From positions 2,085,458 through 2,149,457 of the forward strand of contig OZ241365.1 in assembly GCA_965200555.1 (NCBI GenBank): a DNA stretch of 64,000 nt, in the 5' to 3' direction. This DNA is from Dehalococcoidia bacterium. Lineage in GTDB: Bacteria > Chloroflexota > Dehalococcoidia > UBA2979. Shown piece after piece: positions 1 to 9,991 of the stretch. Numbering within the stretch: position 1 is the stretch's first letter; the number at the start of each line of letters is the position of its first letter. Under the pieces are notes generated by a model. It had not been told where the DNA came from. It worked only from the letters and a program-made list of their open reading frames with translations, and made no database searches. Made by a program: the position numbers and the translations under genes.

Positions 1-76
1 CACCGGGCCGGTGGCGCGCGAACTGCGCGACCGCCAGTACATGCGGATCGTCTCGCTCGCGCCGGAGGTGCTGTAG
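1..76 (+). CDS. rplN: 50S ribosomal protein L14, C-terminal fragment (gene begins upstream of window)
   Basis: The frame from nt 2 reads [24 protein letters not shown] then TAG (74-76), the conserved L14 C-terminus. The stop overlaps the GTG of the L24 gene. Order is the canonical L14-L24-L5. Confidence 0.85.
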   Translation, partial: TGPVARELRDRQYMRIVSLAPEVL

Positions 77-393
77 TGGCCGCGAGGGTGCGCCGCAACG
101 ACACCGTCGAGGTGATCAGCGGCAAGGACCGCGGGCGCCGCGGCGAGGTGCGGAGGGTGCTGCGCCGCGCCAACCGCATGGTCGTGAGCGGCCTCAACAT
201 CGTGAAGAAGCACCGCCGCTCCCAGAACCCGGCGATGCCCTCGGACATCATCGACCTCGAGGCGCCGCTGCACGCCTCGAACGTGATGCTGGTCTGCCCC
301 TCCTGCGACGCCGCCGCGCGCGTCGGCTTCCGGCTGCTGGCCGAGGGCCGCAAGACGCGCTACTGCAAGCGCTGCGGCGAGGCGATCGACTGA
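76..393 (+). CDS. rplX: 50S ribosomal protein L24
   Basis: Track ORF of 105 aa with the KOW-type motif [15 protein letters not shown], lying between L14 and L5. The C-terminal part carries CPSC...CKRC. Confidence 0.95.
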   Translation: MAARVRRNDTVEVISGKDRGRRGEVRRVLRRANRMVVSGLNIVKKHRRSQNPAMPSDIIDLEAPLHASNVMLVCPSCDAAARVGFRLLAEGRKTRYCKRCGEAID

Positions 394-947
394 TGGCGGA
401 ACGCAAACCGCGGCTGCGGCAACGCTACGAGGACGAGCTGCACGGCGCGCTCACGCGCGAGTTCGGCTACCGCAACCCGATGCAGGCCCCCACGCTGCAC
501 AAGATCGCCGTCAACGTCGGCCTCGGCGAGGCGCTCGAGAACGGGCGCGCGATCGAGAGCGCGACGCAGGACCTGCGCGCGATCGCCGGTCAGAAGCCGG
601 TGGTGACGCGGGCGAAGCGCGCGATCTCCAACTTCCGGCTGCGCGAGGGCAACGCGATCGGCCTCCGGCTGACGCTGCGCCGCGACCGCATGTGGGAGTT
701 CTTCGAGCGGCTGGTGCACATCGCGCTGCCGCGCGTGCGCGACTTCCGCGGCGTCCCGCCGAACTCGTTCGACGGGCGCGGCAACTACTCGCTGGGGGTG
801 ACGGAGCAGGTGATCTTCCCCGAGGTGCGCTTCGACAGCATCGACCGCGTGCGCGGCCTCCAGATCAACGTGATCACGACGGCGCGCACGGACGAGGAGG
901 GCAAGCGGCTGCTGGAGCTGCTGGGGATGCCCTTCGCGCGGACGTAG
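393..947 (+). CDS. rplE: 50S ribosomal protein L5
   Basis: Track ORF of 184 aa with an L5-typical N-terminus ([10 protein letters not shown]...[24 protein letters not shown]). The ATG overlaps the L24 stop. Confidence 0.95.
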   Translation: MAERKPRLRQRYEDELHGALTREFGYRNPMQAPTLHKIAVNVGLGEALENGRAIESATQDLRAIAGQKPVVTRAKRAISNFRLREGNAIGLRLTLRRDRMWEFFERLVHIALPRVRDFRGVPPNSFDGRGNYSLGVTEQVIFPEVRFDSIDRVRGLQINVITTARTDEEGKRLLELLGMPFART

Positions 948-964
948 CAGGACGGACGGGACCG

Positions 965-1168
965 ATGGCGCGCAAGTCGCTGATCGCGGCCGCGAACCGC
1001 AGGCCGAAGTACTCCAGCCGCAAGGTCAACCGCTGCCCGGTGGTGTGGCGCAACCGGCCCTGCGGACGCGCGCGGGCGTACATGCGGCGCTTCCGGATGT
1101 GCCGCATCTGCTTCCGCACGCTGGCGAACCAGGGCAAGCTGCCCGGCCTCCGCAAGTCGTCGTGGTAG
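965..1168 (+). CDS. rpsN: 30S ribosomal protein S14, zinc-binding (type Z) form
   Basis: Internal ATG (965) of track ORF 692..1168. The protein reads [24 protein letters not shown]...[35 protein letters not shown] (67 aa). It occupies the L5-S14-S8 position. Confidence 0.9.
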   Translation: MARKSLIAAANRRPKYSSRKVNRCPVVWRNRPCGRARAYMRRFRMCRICFRTLANQGKLPGLRKSSW

Positions 1169-1208
1169 GCGGCGCGACGGGCGCCGGAGGGGAAACGGGA
1201 CCGAGCCG

Positions 1209-1607
1209 ATGAGCATGTCCGACCCGCTGGCCGACATGTGCACGCGCATCCGCAACGCGCTGGGCGCGCGCCACGAGTCGGTGCGCGTCCCGGCCTCGAA
1301 GCTGAAGCAGGCGATCGCCGAGGTGCTGCAGGCCGAGGGCTTCATCGCCGGCTACAGCGAGGAGCAGGAGGGCAGCCGCCGCTACCTGCGGCTGCGGCTG
1401 CACTACCTCTCCGGCCAGCAGGCCGCCATCGCCGGCATCCGCCGCATCTCCCGCCCCGGCCTCCGCGTCTACGTCAACCGGCGCGAGATCCCGAGGGTCT
1501 ACGGCGGCCTCGGCGTGGCCGTGATGAGCACCTCCGAGGGCGTGATGACGGGCCGCGACGCCTGGCGCCGCAAGGTCGGCGGCGAGGTCCTGTGCTACGT
1601 CTGGTAG
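1209..1607 (+). CDS. rpsH: 30S ribosomal protein S8
   Basis: Track ORF of 132 aa with SDPLADMCTRIRNA near the N-terminus. Operon position fits. Confidence 0.95.
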   Translation: MSMSDPLADMCTRIRNALGARHESVRVPASKLKQAIAEVLQAEGFIAGYSEEQEGSRRYLRLRLHYLSGQQAAIAGIRRISRPGLRVYVNRREIPRVYGGLGVAVMSTSEGVMTGRDAWRRKVGGEVLCYVW

Positions 1608-1647
1608 GCCCGGCCGCGGGTCCGGCGGCGGAACGGAACGGCTAGCG

Positions 1648-2181
1648 ATGTCGCGCGTGGGCAAGGCTCCCATCCCCGTCCCCGAGGGCGTCGAGGTGGC
1701 CCTCGGCGAGGGCGCGTGCCGCGTGCGCGGGCCGCGCGGCGAGCTCGGGCAGCCGCTGCCCCCCGCCATCGACGTGCGCCTCGAGGACGGCGCGATCGTG
1801 GTGCGGCGCTCCTCGGACGCGCCGCAGCAGCGCGCGCTGCACGGGCTGACGCGCGCGCTGCTCGCGAACATGGTGGAGGGCGTGACCGAGGGCTTCACCC
1901 GCTCGCTCGAGATCGTCGGCACCGGCTACCGCGCCGAACTGCGCGGCGAGAGCCTCGTGCTCAGCGTGGGGTTCTCGCACCAGGTGACGCTCGAACCGAT
2001 CGAGGGCGCGGCGTTCGAGGTGGAGACGCCGACGCTGGTGCACGTCTCGGGCATCGACAAGCAGGTGGTGGGGCAGCAGGCGGCGCTGGTGCGGCGCGTG
2101 CGCCCGCCCGAGCCGTACCGCGGCAAGGGCATCCGCTACCGCGGCGAGCAGGTCCGGCGCAAGGCCGGCAAGCGCGGCTAG
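1648..2181 (+). CDS. rplF: 50S ribosomal protein L6
   Basis: Track ORF of 177 aa starting [17 protein letters not shown]. Operon position fits. Confidence 0.95.
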   Translation: MSRVGKAPIPVPEGVEVALGEGACRVRGPRGELGQPLPPAIDVRLEDGAIVVRRSSDAPQQRALHGLTRALLANMVEGVTEGFTRSLEIVGTGYRAELRGESLVLSVGFSHQVTLEPIEGAAFEVETPTLVHVSGIDKQVVGQQAALVRRVRPPEPYRGKGIRYRGEQVRRKAGKRG

Positions 2182-2192
2182 GGGAGCGCGCG

Positions 2193-2558
2193 ATGGCGAG
2201 GGGCGACGACACCCGGCGCGCGGCGCGGCTGCGCCGCCACCGGCGGCTCCGCAAGCGCGTGGCCGGCGACGCCGCGCGGCCGCGGCTGGCCGTGTTCCGC
2301 TCGGCGCGCCACATCTACGCGCAGGTGATCGACGACCGCGCCGGCCGCACGCTCGCGGCGGCCTCGGACCTCGAGGCGGAGCTGCGCGGCGGCGAGGGGA
2401 CGAAGACGGAGCGGGCGCGGGCCGTCGGCGCGCTGGTCGCGAGGCGGGCGCGGGAGGCGGGCTGCCCCTCGGTGGTGTTCGACCGCGGCGGCTTCTCCTA
2501 CGGCGGCCGCGTGCGCGCGCTGGCCGAGGCCGCGCGCGAGGAAGGCCTGGTCTTCTAG
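2193..2558 (+). CDS. rplR: 50S ribosomal protein L18
   Basis: ATG at 2193 inside track ORF 1716..2558. The 121-aa protein contains [12 protein letters not shown]...[19 protein letters not shown]...[28 protein letters not shown]. Confidence 0.93.
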   Translation: MARGDDTRRAARLRRHRRLRKRVAGDAARPRLAVFRSARHIYAQVIDDRAGRTLAAASDLEAELRGGEGTKTERARAVGALVARRAREAGCPSVVFDRGGFSYGGRVRALAEAAREEGLVF

Positions 2559-3139
2559 TGGTGCAGCAGCGCGGCGGGGAACGGCGCGACCGCGATCGCG
2601 GGGAGCGCGGCAGGGGCCGCCGCGGCGACCGCCGCCGCGACGGCGAGCCCGAGGGCCCCGAGTACATCGAGAAGGTCGTGGAGATCAACCGCGTGGCGAA
2701 GGTCGTGAAGGGCGGACGCCGCTTCTCCTTCACCGCCATCGTCGTCGTCGGCGACGGGCAGGGGCGCGTCGGCTTCGGCATGGGGCGCGCCAACGAGGTG
2801 CCCGAGGCGATCCGCAAGGGCGGCGTGATCGCGCGCCGCTCGATGATCCGCGTGCCGATGCGCGAGGGCACGATCAGCCACGAGCTGCTGGCGCGCTTCA
2901 AGGCCTCGCGGATCGTGATGCGCCCGGCCGCGCCCGGCACCGGCATCATCGCCGGCGGCGCCGTGCGCGCGATCATGGAGGCGGCCGGCGTCACCGACGT
3001 GCTGACCAAGTCGCTCGGCTCCAACAACCCCGTCAACGTGGTGCGCGCCATCGTCGGCGGCCTCACCTCGCTGCGCGACCCGCGGCAGGCCGCGGCCGAG
3101 CGCCGCGCCCTCGCCGGCGCCGCGGCGGCGGCGGAGTAG
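2558..3139 (+). CDS. rpsE: 30S ribosomal protein S5 (Arg/Gly-rich N-terminal extension)
   Basis: Track ORF of 193 aa containing [51 protein letters not shown]. Confidence 0.95.
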   Translation: MVQQRGGERRDRDRGERGRGRRGDRRRDGEPEGPEYIEKVVEINRVAKVVKGGRRFSFTAIVVVGDGQGRVGFGMGRANEVPEAIRKGGVIARRSMIRVPMREGTISHELLARFKASRIVMRPAAPGTGIIAGGAVRAIMEAAGVTDVLTKSLGSNNPVNVVRAIVGGLTSLRDPRQAAAERRALAGAAAAAE

Positions 3140-3149
3140 CGGGGACGGC

Positions 3150-3332
3150 ATGGCGAGGCTCCGCATCACCTGGACCAAGTCCGCCATCGGCTACGCCGAA
3201 CGGCAGAAGCGCACGATCCGCGCGCTCGGCCTCAAGCGCCTGCGCCACAGCGTGGAGCACGACGACACCCCCGCGATCCGCGGCATGGCCGACAAGGTGA
3301 AGCACCTCGTGACGATCGAGGAGGTGCGCTAG
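3150..3332 (+). CDS. rpmD: 50S ribosomal protein L30
   Basis: Track ORF of 60 aa starting MARLRITWTKSAIGYAERQKRTIRALGLKRL. Position S5-L30-L15. Confidence 0.93.
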   Translation: MARLRITWTKSAIGYAERQKRTIRALGLKRLRHSVEHDDTPAIRGMADKVKHLVTIEEVR

Positions 3333-3835
3333 TGGACCAGCACGACCTCGCGCCGCCGCCCGGCGCGAAGCGGCCGCGCAGGCGGCGCGGGCGCGGCGAC
3401 GCGGCCGGGCGCGGCACCTACGCCGGGCGGGGGCTGAAGGGCCAGAAGGCGCGCGGCAAGGTGCGTCCGGGCTTCGAGGGCGGCCAGATCCCGCTGATCC
3501 GGCGGCTGGCGCGCAAGCGCGGCTTCCGCAACCCCTTCCGCGTCGAGTTCCAGGCCGTGAACCTGCGCGACCTCGAAGCGCGCTTCGGGGACGGCGCGAC
3601 GGTGGACGGCGAGGCGCTGGCGGCGCTGCGGCTGATCGACGGCCCGGAGGAGCCGTTCAAGGTGCTCGGCGAGGGCGGGCTGACGCGGGCGCTGACGGTG
3701 CGCGCCCCGCGGCTGTCGGCCTCGGCCAAGGAGGCGATCGCCGCCGCCGGGGGCAGCTTCGAGGAGCTCGCGCCGGCCGCGCGCCGGACGCGCAACCGCG
3801 TGCACCGCCGCCGCGAGGCGGAGGGGTCCGCGTGA
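3332..3835 (+). CDS. rplO: 50S ribosomal protein L15
   Basis: Track ORF of 167 aa containing GRGLKGQKARGKVRPGFEGGQIPLIRRLARKRGF. Confidence 0.95.
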   Translation: MDQHDLAPPPGAKRPRRRRGRGDAAGRGTYAGRGLKGQKARGKVRPGFEGGQIPLIRRLARKRGFRNPFRVEFQAVNLRDLEARFGDGATVDGEALAALRLIDGPEEPFKVLGEGGLTRALTVRAPRLSASAKEAIAAAGGSFEELAPAARRTRNRVHRRREAEGSA

Positions 3836-5172
3836 GCCAGCAGCAGACCGCGCCGCAGCAGCGCCCGCGGCTGCTCCAGGCGGCCGCCGACGCCTTCCGG
3901 CAGCCCGAGGTCCGCCGCAAGATCATGTTCACCCTCGCGATGCTGCTGGTGTTCCGCTTCGTCGCGCACGTGCCCGTGCCCGGCATCAACTCCGACGTGC
4001 TGCAGAGCGTGTTCGACAACAACGCGATCCTCGGCTTCCTCAACATCTTCTCCGGCGGCGCGCTCGAGAACCTCTCGGTCGCCGCGCTCGGCGTCTACCC
4101 GTACATCACGGCCTCGATCGTGATGCAGCTGGCGGTGCCGCTGATGCCGCGCCTGCAGGCGCTCTCGCGCGAGGGCGAGTCCGGGCGGCAGAAGATCCAG
4201 CAGTACACGCACTGGCTGACCGTGCCGCTCGCCGCCTTCCAGGGCTACGCCCAGCTGCTGCTGATCCAGCAGTTCGGCGGCGTCAGCGGCATCTCGCTGA
4301 CCGGCGGCGAAGCCCTCCCGACGCTCGCCACGATCGTCTCGATGGTGGCGGGCACGATGTTCCTCGTGTGGCTCGGCGAGCTGATCTCGGAGGAGGGCAT
4401 CGGCAACGGCATCTCGCTGATCATCTTCAGCGGGATCGTGGCCGGCCTGCCGGGCATCGTCGGGCGCGCGGGGCTGTCGGGCACGGGCGCGACGCTGAGC
4501 GCGATCCTGCTGCTGGCGCTGATCACGCTCGCGGTGGTGGCGCTGATCGTGCTGTTCCAGGAGGCGCAGCGGCGGCTGCCGGTGCAGTACGCGCGGTCGA
4601 CCATCCGCGGAGGGCGGATGTACCGCCAGCAGGGGCAGACGCACATCCCGCTGCGGGTGAACAGCGCCGGCATGATCCCGCTGATCTTCGCCTTCTCGAT
4701 CATGATCTTCCCGCCCGCGTTCGCGCAGTTCGTCGCGCAGACCTCGGACGTGGGCTGGATCGGAGGCGTGGCCGGGTTCTTCGAGAACGCGCTGACGCCG
4801 GCCAACTTCATCTACTGGCTGCTCGTGTTCGTGATGGTGGTGCTGTTCGCCTTCTTCTACACGATGGTCGTGTTCCAGCAGCAGAACCTCGCCGAGAACC
4901 TGCAGCGGCAGGGCGGCTTCATCCCCGGCATCCGGCCGGGGCGGCCGACGCAGGAATACATCTCGCGGGTGCTGATCCGGATCACGTGGGGCGGCGCGAT
5001 CTTCCTCGGCTTCGTGGCGATCCTGCCGTTCTTCGCGACGATGCTGACGAACGTGCAGGCGCTCCAGATCAGCGCCGCCGGGCTGCTGATCGTGGTCGGC
5101 GTCGTGATCGACACGATGCGGCAGCTGGAGGCGCAGATGATGATGCGGAACTACGAAGGGTTCATCGCCTGA
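3832..5172 (+). CDS. secY: Preprotein translocase subunit SecY
   Basis: Track ORF of 446 aa, multi-pass membrane protein (FRFVAHVPVPGIN..., GIGNGISLIIF). Canonical L15-secY-adk position. Confidence 0.95.
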   Translation: MSQQQTAPQQRPRLLQAAADAFRQPEVRRKIMFTLAMLLVFRFVAHVPVPGINSDVLQSVFDNNAILGFLNIFSGGALENLSVAALGVYPYITASIVMQLAVPLMPRLQALSREGESGRQKIQQYTHWLTVPLAAFQGYAQLLLIQQFGGVSGISLTGGEALPTLATIVSMVAGTMFLVWLGELISEEGIGNGISLIIFSGIVAGLPGIVGRAGLSGTGATLSAILLLALITLAVVALIVLFQEAQRRLPVQYARSTIRGGRMYRQQGQTHIPLRVNSAGMIPLIFAFSIMIFPPAFAQFVAQTSDVGWIGGVAGFFENALTPANFIYWLLVFVMVVLFAFFYTMVVFQQQNLAENLQRQGGFIPGIRPGRPTQEYISRVLIRITWGGAIFLGFVAILPFFATMLTNVQALQISAAGLLIVVGVVIDTMRQLEAQMMMRNYEGFIA

Positions 5173-5741
5173 TGAGGCTGGTGCTGCTCGGACTGATCGG
5201 GGCCGGCAAGGGCACGCAGGCCAAACTCCTCGCCGGGCGGCGGGGCCTGCTCCACGTCTCCACCGGCGACATGCTGCGCGAGGCGCTCGCCGCCGGCACG
5301 GAGCTGGGCCGGCGCGCCGAGGCGTACATGTCGCGGGGCGAGCTCGCGCCCGACGAGCTCGTGATCGACATGCTGCTGGAGCGCATCGGCAGGCCGGACG
5401 CGGCGGCGGGCTTCATCCTCGACGGCTTCCCGCGCACGGTCGCGCAGGCCGAGGCGCTCGAGGAGGCGCTGGAGCGCGGCGGGAGCGGCATCGACGCCGT
5501 GCCCTTCATCCGCGTGCCGGAGGAGACGCTGCTCGATCGGATCGCGAAGCGCGCCGGCGTCGAGGGCCGCGCCGACGACGCGCCCGAGGTGGCGCGCCGC
5601 CGCCTGCGCGAGCAGGCCGAGGGCATCGAGGGCGTCGCCGCCTTCTACGGCGGGCGCGGCAGGCTCGCCGACGTCGACGGCGTCGGCGGCGTCGAGGAGG
5701 TCGCCGAACGCCTCGACGCGGCGCTGGCGGCGGCGGGGTAG
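5172..5741 (+). CDS. adk: Adenylate kinase (short form, no zinc lid)
   Basis: ATG at 5172 overlaps the secY TGA (TGATG). The protein starts MRLVLLGLIGAGKGTQAKLL (P-loop) and contains GFILDGFPRTVAQAEAL. It lies inside track ORF 4368..5741. Confidence 0.93.
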   Translation: MRLVLLGLIGAGKGTQAKLLAGRRGLLHVSTGDMLREALAAGTELGRRAEAYMSRGELAPDELVIDMLLERIGRPDAAAGFILDGFPRTVAQAEALEEALERGGSGIDAVPFIRVPEETLLDRIAKRAGVEGRADDAPEVARRRLREQAEGIEGVAAFYGGRGRLADVDGVGGVEEVAERLDAALAAAG

Positions 5742-5782
5742 GCCGGCGGATGCGCTGGCGCGCGGCGAAGGCGTAACATAGA

Positions 5783-6589
5783 TTGACGTCCGTCGAAGTG
5801 AAGTCGCGGGACGAGCTCGCGATCATGCGCGAGGCCGGGAGGCGCAACGCCGAGGTGCGGCGCCTGCTGCTCGATGCGATCGCGCCGGGCGTGACGGGCC
5901 GCGAACTGGACGAGCTGGCGAAGGCGGAGATCGCGAAGCGGGACGCGGAGCCGACGTTCATGGGGTACGCGCCGGGCGGGAAGCCGCCCTACCCGGGCGC
6001 GATCTGCTGCTCGGTGAACGCGCAGCTGGTGCACGGCATCCCCGGCGACCGGCCGTTCGCGGAGGGGGACATCGTCAGCATCGACCTCGGAGTGACCTGG
6101 GGCGGCTACGTGTCGGACGCCGCGTTCACCGTGGCGGTGGGCGAGGCGCCGGAGGAGACGGCGGCGCTGCTGCGCGCGACGGAGGAGGCGCTGCTGGCCG
6201 GCATCGCGCGCGCGCGCGACGGCGCCTTCCTCGGCGACGTCTCGCACGCGATCGGCGCCGTCGGCGAGCGGGGGGGCTACGGCATCGTCCGCGAGTACGG
6301 CGGGCACGGCGTGGGGCGGCGGATGCACGAGCCGCCGCACGTGCCCAACTTCGGGCGGCCCGGCGTCGGGCGGCGGCTGAAGGCGGGCATGGTGCTGGCC
6401 CTCGAGCCGATGTTCGCGCTGGGCGGCGAGGCCACGCGCGAGGAAGCGGACGGCTGGACGGTGAGCATGAGCGACGGCGGCCTCTGCGCCCACTTCGAGG
6501 AGACCGTGGCGGTCACCTCGGGCGAGCCGGAGGTGCTGACCGCGCTCGCGCGGCCCGGCGGGCCGGCCGGAGCGGGAGCGGCCGGCTGA
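5783..6589 (+). CDS. map: Type I methionine aminopeptidase
   Basis: Track ORF of 268 aa with a TTG start. Contains [36 protein letters not shown] and LALEPM. Confidence 0.93.
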   Translation: MTSVEVKSRDELAIMREAGRRNAEVRRLLLDAIAPGVTGRELDELAKAEIAKRDAEPTFMGYAPGGKPPYPGAICCSVNAQLVHGIPGDRPFAEGDIVSIDLGVTWGGYVSDAAFTVAVGEAPEETAALLRATEEALLAGIARARDGAFLGDVSHAIGAVGERGGYGIVREYGGHGVGRRMHEPPHVPNFGRPGVGRRLKAGMVLALEPMFALGGEATREEADGWTVSMSDGGLCAHFEETVAVTSGEPEVLTALARPGGPAGAGAAG

Positions 6590-6840
6590 TGGCGCAGCGC
6601 AAGGAGAAGCAGCGCCAGCAGCCGAAGAAGAAAGAGGTCATTGAGGTCGAGGGCGTGGTGCGGGACGCCAAGCCGAACGCGCAGTTCGACGTCGAGCTGC
6701 CGAACGGCCACCGCGTGCTGGCGCACGTCTCGGGGAAGATGAAGGTGCACTACATCCGCATCCTCCTCGGCGACCGCGTGCTCGTGGAGCTGAGCCCCTA
6801 CGACCTCAGCCGCGGGCGCATCACGTACCGGTTCCGGTAG
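6589..6840 (+). CDS. infA: Translation initiation factor IF-1 (short basic N-terminal extension)
   Basis: Track ORF of 83 aa containing [64 protein letters not shown]. Confidence 0.95.
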   Translation: MAQRKEKQRQQPKKKEVIEVEGVVRDAKPNAQFDVELPNGHRVLAHVSGKMKVHYIRILLGDRVLVELSPYDLSRGRITYRFR

Positions 6841-6864
6841 CGGGGCCGGCGGAACGGAACGGCG

Positions 6865-6978
6865 ATGAAGGTGCGGGCCTCGGTGAAGAAGCGCTGCGAC
6901 CGCTGCCAGATCATCCGGCGGCACGGGCGGCTGCGCGTGATCTGCGTGATCCCGCGCCACCGCCAGCGCCAGGGCTAG
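6865..6978 (+). CDS. rpmJ: 50S ribosomal protein L36
   Basis: Hand translation gives [37 protein letters not shown] then TAG. It is too short for the track. Position infA-rpmJ-rpsM. Confidence 0.92.
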   Translation: MKVRASVKKRCDRCQIIRRHGRLRVICVIPRHRQRQG

Positions 6979-7001
6979 CGGACGGAACGAGGAGGCGAAC
7001 G

Positions 7002-7385
7002 ATGGCGCGCGTGGCCGGCGTCGACATCCCCAACGACAAGCGCCTGGAGTTCTCGCTGCCGTACGTCTACGGCATCGGCCGCTCGCGGGCGAAGCTGATC
7101 GCGGAGCAGACCGGCATCCCGCTGGACCGGCGCGTCGGCGACCTCGGCGAGGAGGAGCTGGTGCGGCTGCGCGCCGTCGTCGAGGGCGAGTACGTCGTCG
7201 AGGGCGACCTGCGGCGCGACGTGCGCCAGAACATCCAGCGGCTGATCGAGGTCAACTGCTACCGCGGGTTCCGGCACCGCCGCGGGCTGCCGGTGCGGGG
7301 CCAGCGCACGCGCACCAACGCGCGCACGCGCCGCCCGGCCCGCCGCACCGTCGCCGGCAAGCGGCGCGTGGCGCGGAAGAAGTAG
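7002..7385 (+). CDS. rpsM: 30S ribosomal protein S13
   Basis: Track ORF of 127 aa starting [30 protein letters not shown]. Confidence 0.95.
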   Translation: MARVAGVDIPNDKRLEFSLPYVYGIGRSRAKLIAEQTGIPLDRRVGDLGEEELVRLRAVVEGEYVVEGDLRRDVRQNIQRLIEVNCYRGFRHRRGLPVRGQRTRTNARTRRPARRTVAGKRRVARKK

Positions 7386-7399
7386 GGGGCGCGCGCAGC

Positions 7400-7783
7400 A
7401 TGGGAGGCCGGCGCGGCCGCCGCCGCGAACGCAAGTCGATCCCCCGCGGGCGGGTCTACATCCGCTCCACCTTCAACAACACCCTGATCACGATGACCGA
7501 CCCCAACGGCAACGTCGTGGCGTGGGGATCGGGCGGCACCGCCGGATTCCGCGGCTCGCGCAAGAGCACGCCCTACGCGGCCCAGCTGGCCGCCGAGGGC
7601 GCGGCGCAGACGGCGATCGAGAACGGGATGCGCGAGATCGAGGTTCACGTGCGCGGCCCCGGGGCCGGCCGCGAGGCCGCGATCCGCGCCCTGCAGTCGG
7701 CGGGCCTGCGCGTCTCCTCGATCCGCGACACGACGCCGATCCCCCACAACGGCTGCCGGCAGCGCCGCCGGCCGCGGACCTAG
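7400..7783 (+). CDS. rpsK: 30S ribosomal protein S11
   Basis: Track ORF of 127 aa containing [46 protein letters not shown]. Confidence 0.95.
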   Translation: MGGRRGRRRERKSIPRGRVYIRSTFNNTLITMTDPNGNVVAWGSGGTAGFRGSRKSTPYAAQLAAEGAAQTAIENGMREIEVHVRGPGAGREAAIRALQSAGLRVSSIRDTTPIPHNGCRQRRRPRT

Positions 7784-7793
7784 GACGGCGACG

Positions 7794-8402
7794 ATGGCGC
7801 GCTACACCGGACCGAGGGTCAAGAAGGCGCGGCGCTACGGCGCGCCGATCTTCGCCAACGCCGCGGTGCTGCGGGCGCGGCGGCAGGGCCCGCCCGGCCC
7901 CCGCCCCGCGCGCCGCCGCAAGATCTCCGACCGCGGCCTCCAGCTCATGGAGAAGCAGAAGGTGCGCTTCGCCTACGGCCTGATGGAGAAGCAGTTCCGG
8001 CGCTACTACGAGCGCGCCGCCGCCCGCCCGGGCGTGACCGGCGACGAGCTGATGAGCTCGCTCGAACGGCGCCTCGACAACGTGGTCTTCCGCATGGGGT
8101 TCGGCGGGACGCGGGCGCAGGCGCGCCAGCTGGTGACGCACGGCCTGATCGCCGTCAACGGCCGCAAGCTCGACGCCCCCGGCGCCGAGACCGCCGTCGG
8201 CGACCGCGTCGGCTTCACCGACCGCGGCAAGCGCTCGAAGTACGCCGACATCGTCAAGCAGGACATCCAGGGCCGCGAGGTCCCCGGCTGGATCGAGGTC
8301 GACCGCGAGGCGCTCGAGGGGCGCGTGGCCGGCCTGCCGGGCACGGGCGACATCGAGCCGTACTTCAACCCCAGCGCGATCGTCGAGTACTACTCGCGCT
8401 AG
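7794..8402 (+). CDS. rpsD: 30S ribosomal protein S4
   Basis: Track ORF of 202 aa starting MARYTGPRVKKARRYG, with LERRLDNVVFRMGFGGTRAQARQLVTHG (S4 domain). Confidence 0.95.
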   Translation: MARYTGPRVKKARRYGAPIFANAAVLRARRQGPPGPRPARRRKISDRGLQLMEKQKVRFAYGLMEKQFRRYYERAAARPGVTGDELMSSLERRLDNVVFRMGFGGTRAQARQLVTHGLIAVNGRKLDAPGAETAVGDRVGFTDRGKRSKYADIVKQDIQGREVPGWIEVDREALEGRVAGLPGTGDIEPYFNPSAIVEYYSR

Positions 8403-8465
8403 GGCGCGGACGAAGCGAGCCGGCGGCGGCGGCCTTCGCCGCCGCGACACGCAGCGAGGTGAGAT

Positions 8466-9599
8466 TTGGCGGCTGAACTGCAGACTCCGAAGCTCCGGGT
8501 GGAGCAGCAGGAGGCGGACTACGTGAAGCTGGTGATGGAGCCCCTCAACGAGGGCTTCGGCGTCACCGTGGGCAACGCGCTGCGGCGCGTGCTGCTCTCC
8601 TCGCTGCCGGGCGCGGCCATCACCTCCGTCCGCATCGACGGCGTCGACCACGAGTTCTCGACCGTCGAGCACATGCGCGAGGACGTGACCGAGCTGCTGC
8701 TCAACCTCAAGGAGGTGCGGCTGCGCGCCCACGCCGACCGCCCCGCGCGGCTGTTCCTCGAAGCCGCGGGCGAGACCGAGGTGCGCGCCGGCGACGTGCA
8801 GGCCACCGCCGACTACGAGATCGCCAACCCCGCGCTGCACCTCGCCCGCCTCGACAGCCCCGACGCCTCGCTCGTGATCGACCTCAACGTCGAGACCGGC
8901 CGCGGCTACCAGCCCGCCGCCGCCTCCGAGGGCCTGCCGATCGGCGTGATCCCGATCGACGCGCTGTTCACCCCCGTGCGCCGCGTCAACTACCGCGTCG
9001 CCAACACCCGCGTCGGCCAGGACACCAACTTCGACCGCCTCGAACTCGAGGTCTGGACCGACGGCACCATCGACGGCGAGCAGGCGATCTCGCAGGCCGC
9101 CGCGATCCTGCGCGAGCAGCTCCAGCCGCTCGGCGCCCTCGGCGGCGACGAGGGCGCGAGCGAGCGCGAGGCGGCAGCCGCGAGCGCCCCCCCCGGCCAC
9201 GACATGCTGGTCGAGGCGCTCAACCTCTCCAATCGCTCCCTGAACTCCCTCAAGCGCTCCGGTTTCGGCACCGTCGGCGCGATCCTCGAACGCTCCAGCG
9301 ACGAGCTGATGGCGATCCGCAACTTCGGCGAGAAGTCGTACGAGGAGCTGCGCGACCGCCTGCTCGAACGCGGCTTCCCCGCGCCCCGCGGCGACGCCCG
9401 CCGCTCCTCGCGCGAGCCCGCCGCTGCCGCCGTCGCCGCGGCGCCCGCCGCCGCGCCGGCGGCGGAGGCCGCGCCCGCCGGCGCGCCGCCGCCGGCGGAC
9501 GAGGGCGGCGGGCCGGAGGTCGGCGCCCTCGGCGCGGCGCTGATCGAGGCGCTGCGCGAGGCCGGCGAGGACGCGCCGGACCTCGCGGCGGACGAGTAG
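8466..9599 (+). CDS. rpoA: DNA-directed RNA polymerase subunit alpha (Ala/Pro-rich C-terminal tail)
   Basis: Track ORF of 377 aa with a TTG start. It has an N-terminal dimerisation domain and an alpha-CTD (LNLSNRSLNSLKRSGFGTVGAILERS...IRNFGEKSYEEL), followed by a low-complexity tail of about 60 aa. Confidence 0.95.
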   Translation: MAAELQTPKLRVEQQEADYVKLVMEPLNEGFGVTVGNALRRVLLSSLPGAAITSVRIDGVDHEFSTVEHMREDVTELLLNLKEVRLRAHADRPARLFLEAAGETEVRAGDVQATADYEIANPALHLARLDSPDASLVIDLNVETGRGYQPAAASEGLPIGVIPIDALFTPVRRVNYRVANTRVGQDTNFDRLELEVWTDGTIDGEQAISQAAAILREQLQPLGALGGDEGASEREAAAASAPPGHDMLVEALNLSNRSLNSLKRSGFGTVGAILERSSDELMAIRNFGEKSYEELRDRLLERGFPAPRGDARRSSREPAAAAVAAAPAAAPAAEAAPAGAPPPADEGGGPEVGALGAALIEALREAGEDAPDLAADE

Positions 9600-9638
9600 C
9601 GGCGGCGGGCGGCGGAGAACGGAGCGACGGACGAAGCC

Positions 9639-9989
9639 ATGCGCCACAAGGTCGACGGCCGCAAGTTCGACATGCCCACCGCGCAGCGGATGGCGATGCT
9701 CCGCAACCTCACCACCGACGTGCTGCGCCACGGCTCGGTGCGGACGACCGAGGCGCGCGCCAAGGAGGCGCGGCGCTTCGTCGACCGCATGGTCACGCTC
9801 GGCAAGCGCGGCACGCTGCACGCGCGGCGGCAGGCGCTCGCCTTCGTCTACGATCCCGACGTGGTGCACCGCCTCTTCGCCGAGATCGCCCCGCAGTACG
9901 CCCACCGCCCGGGCGGCTACACGCGCGTCCAGAAGCTGGGCCGCCGCCGCGGCGACGGCTCGCGCATGGCGCTGCTGGAACTGGTCTAG
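9639..9989 (+). CDS. rplQ: 50S ribosomal protein L17
   Basis: Track ORF of 116 aa starting [24 protein letters not shown]. It follows rpoA. Confidence 0.95.
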   Translation: MRHKVDGRKFDMPTAQRMAMLRNLTTDVLRHGSVRTTEARAKEARRFVDRMVTLGKRGTLHARRQALAFVYDPDVVHRLFAEIAPQYAHRPGGYTRVQKLGRRRGDGSRMALLELV

Positions 9990-9991
9990 CC

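Noticed and set aside
7488-9905. 805-aa minus-strand ORF across rpsK-rpsD-rpoA. Similar giants are at 1642..3066, 3418..4644 and 10251..12134.
   Set aside because: They lie antisense to well-supported ribosomal and rpoA genes and are Arg/Ala/Gly/Pro-rich with no motifs. Such ORFs arise because stop codons are rare in a ~70%+ GC sequence.
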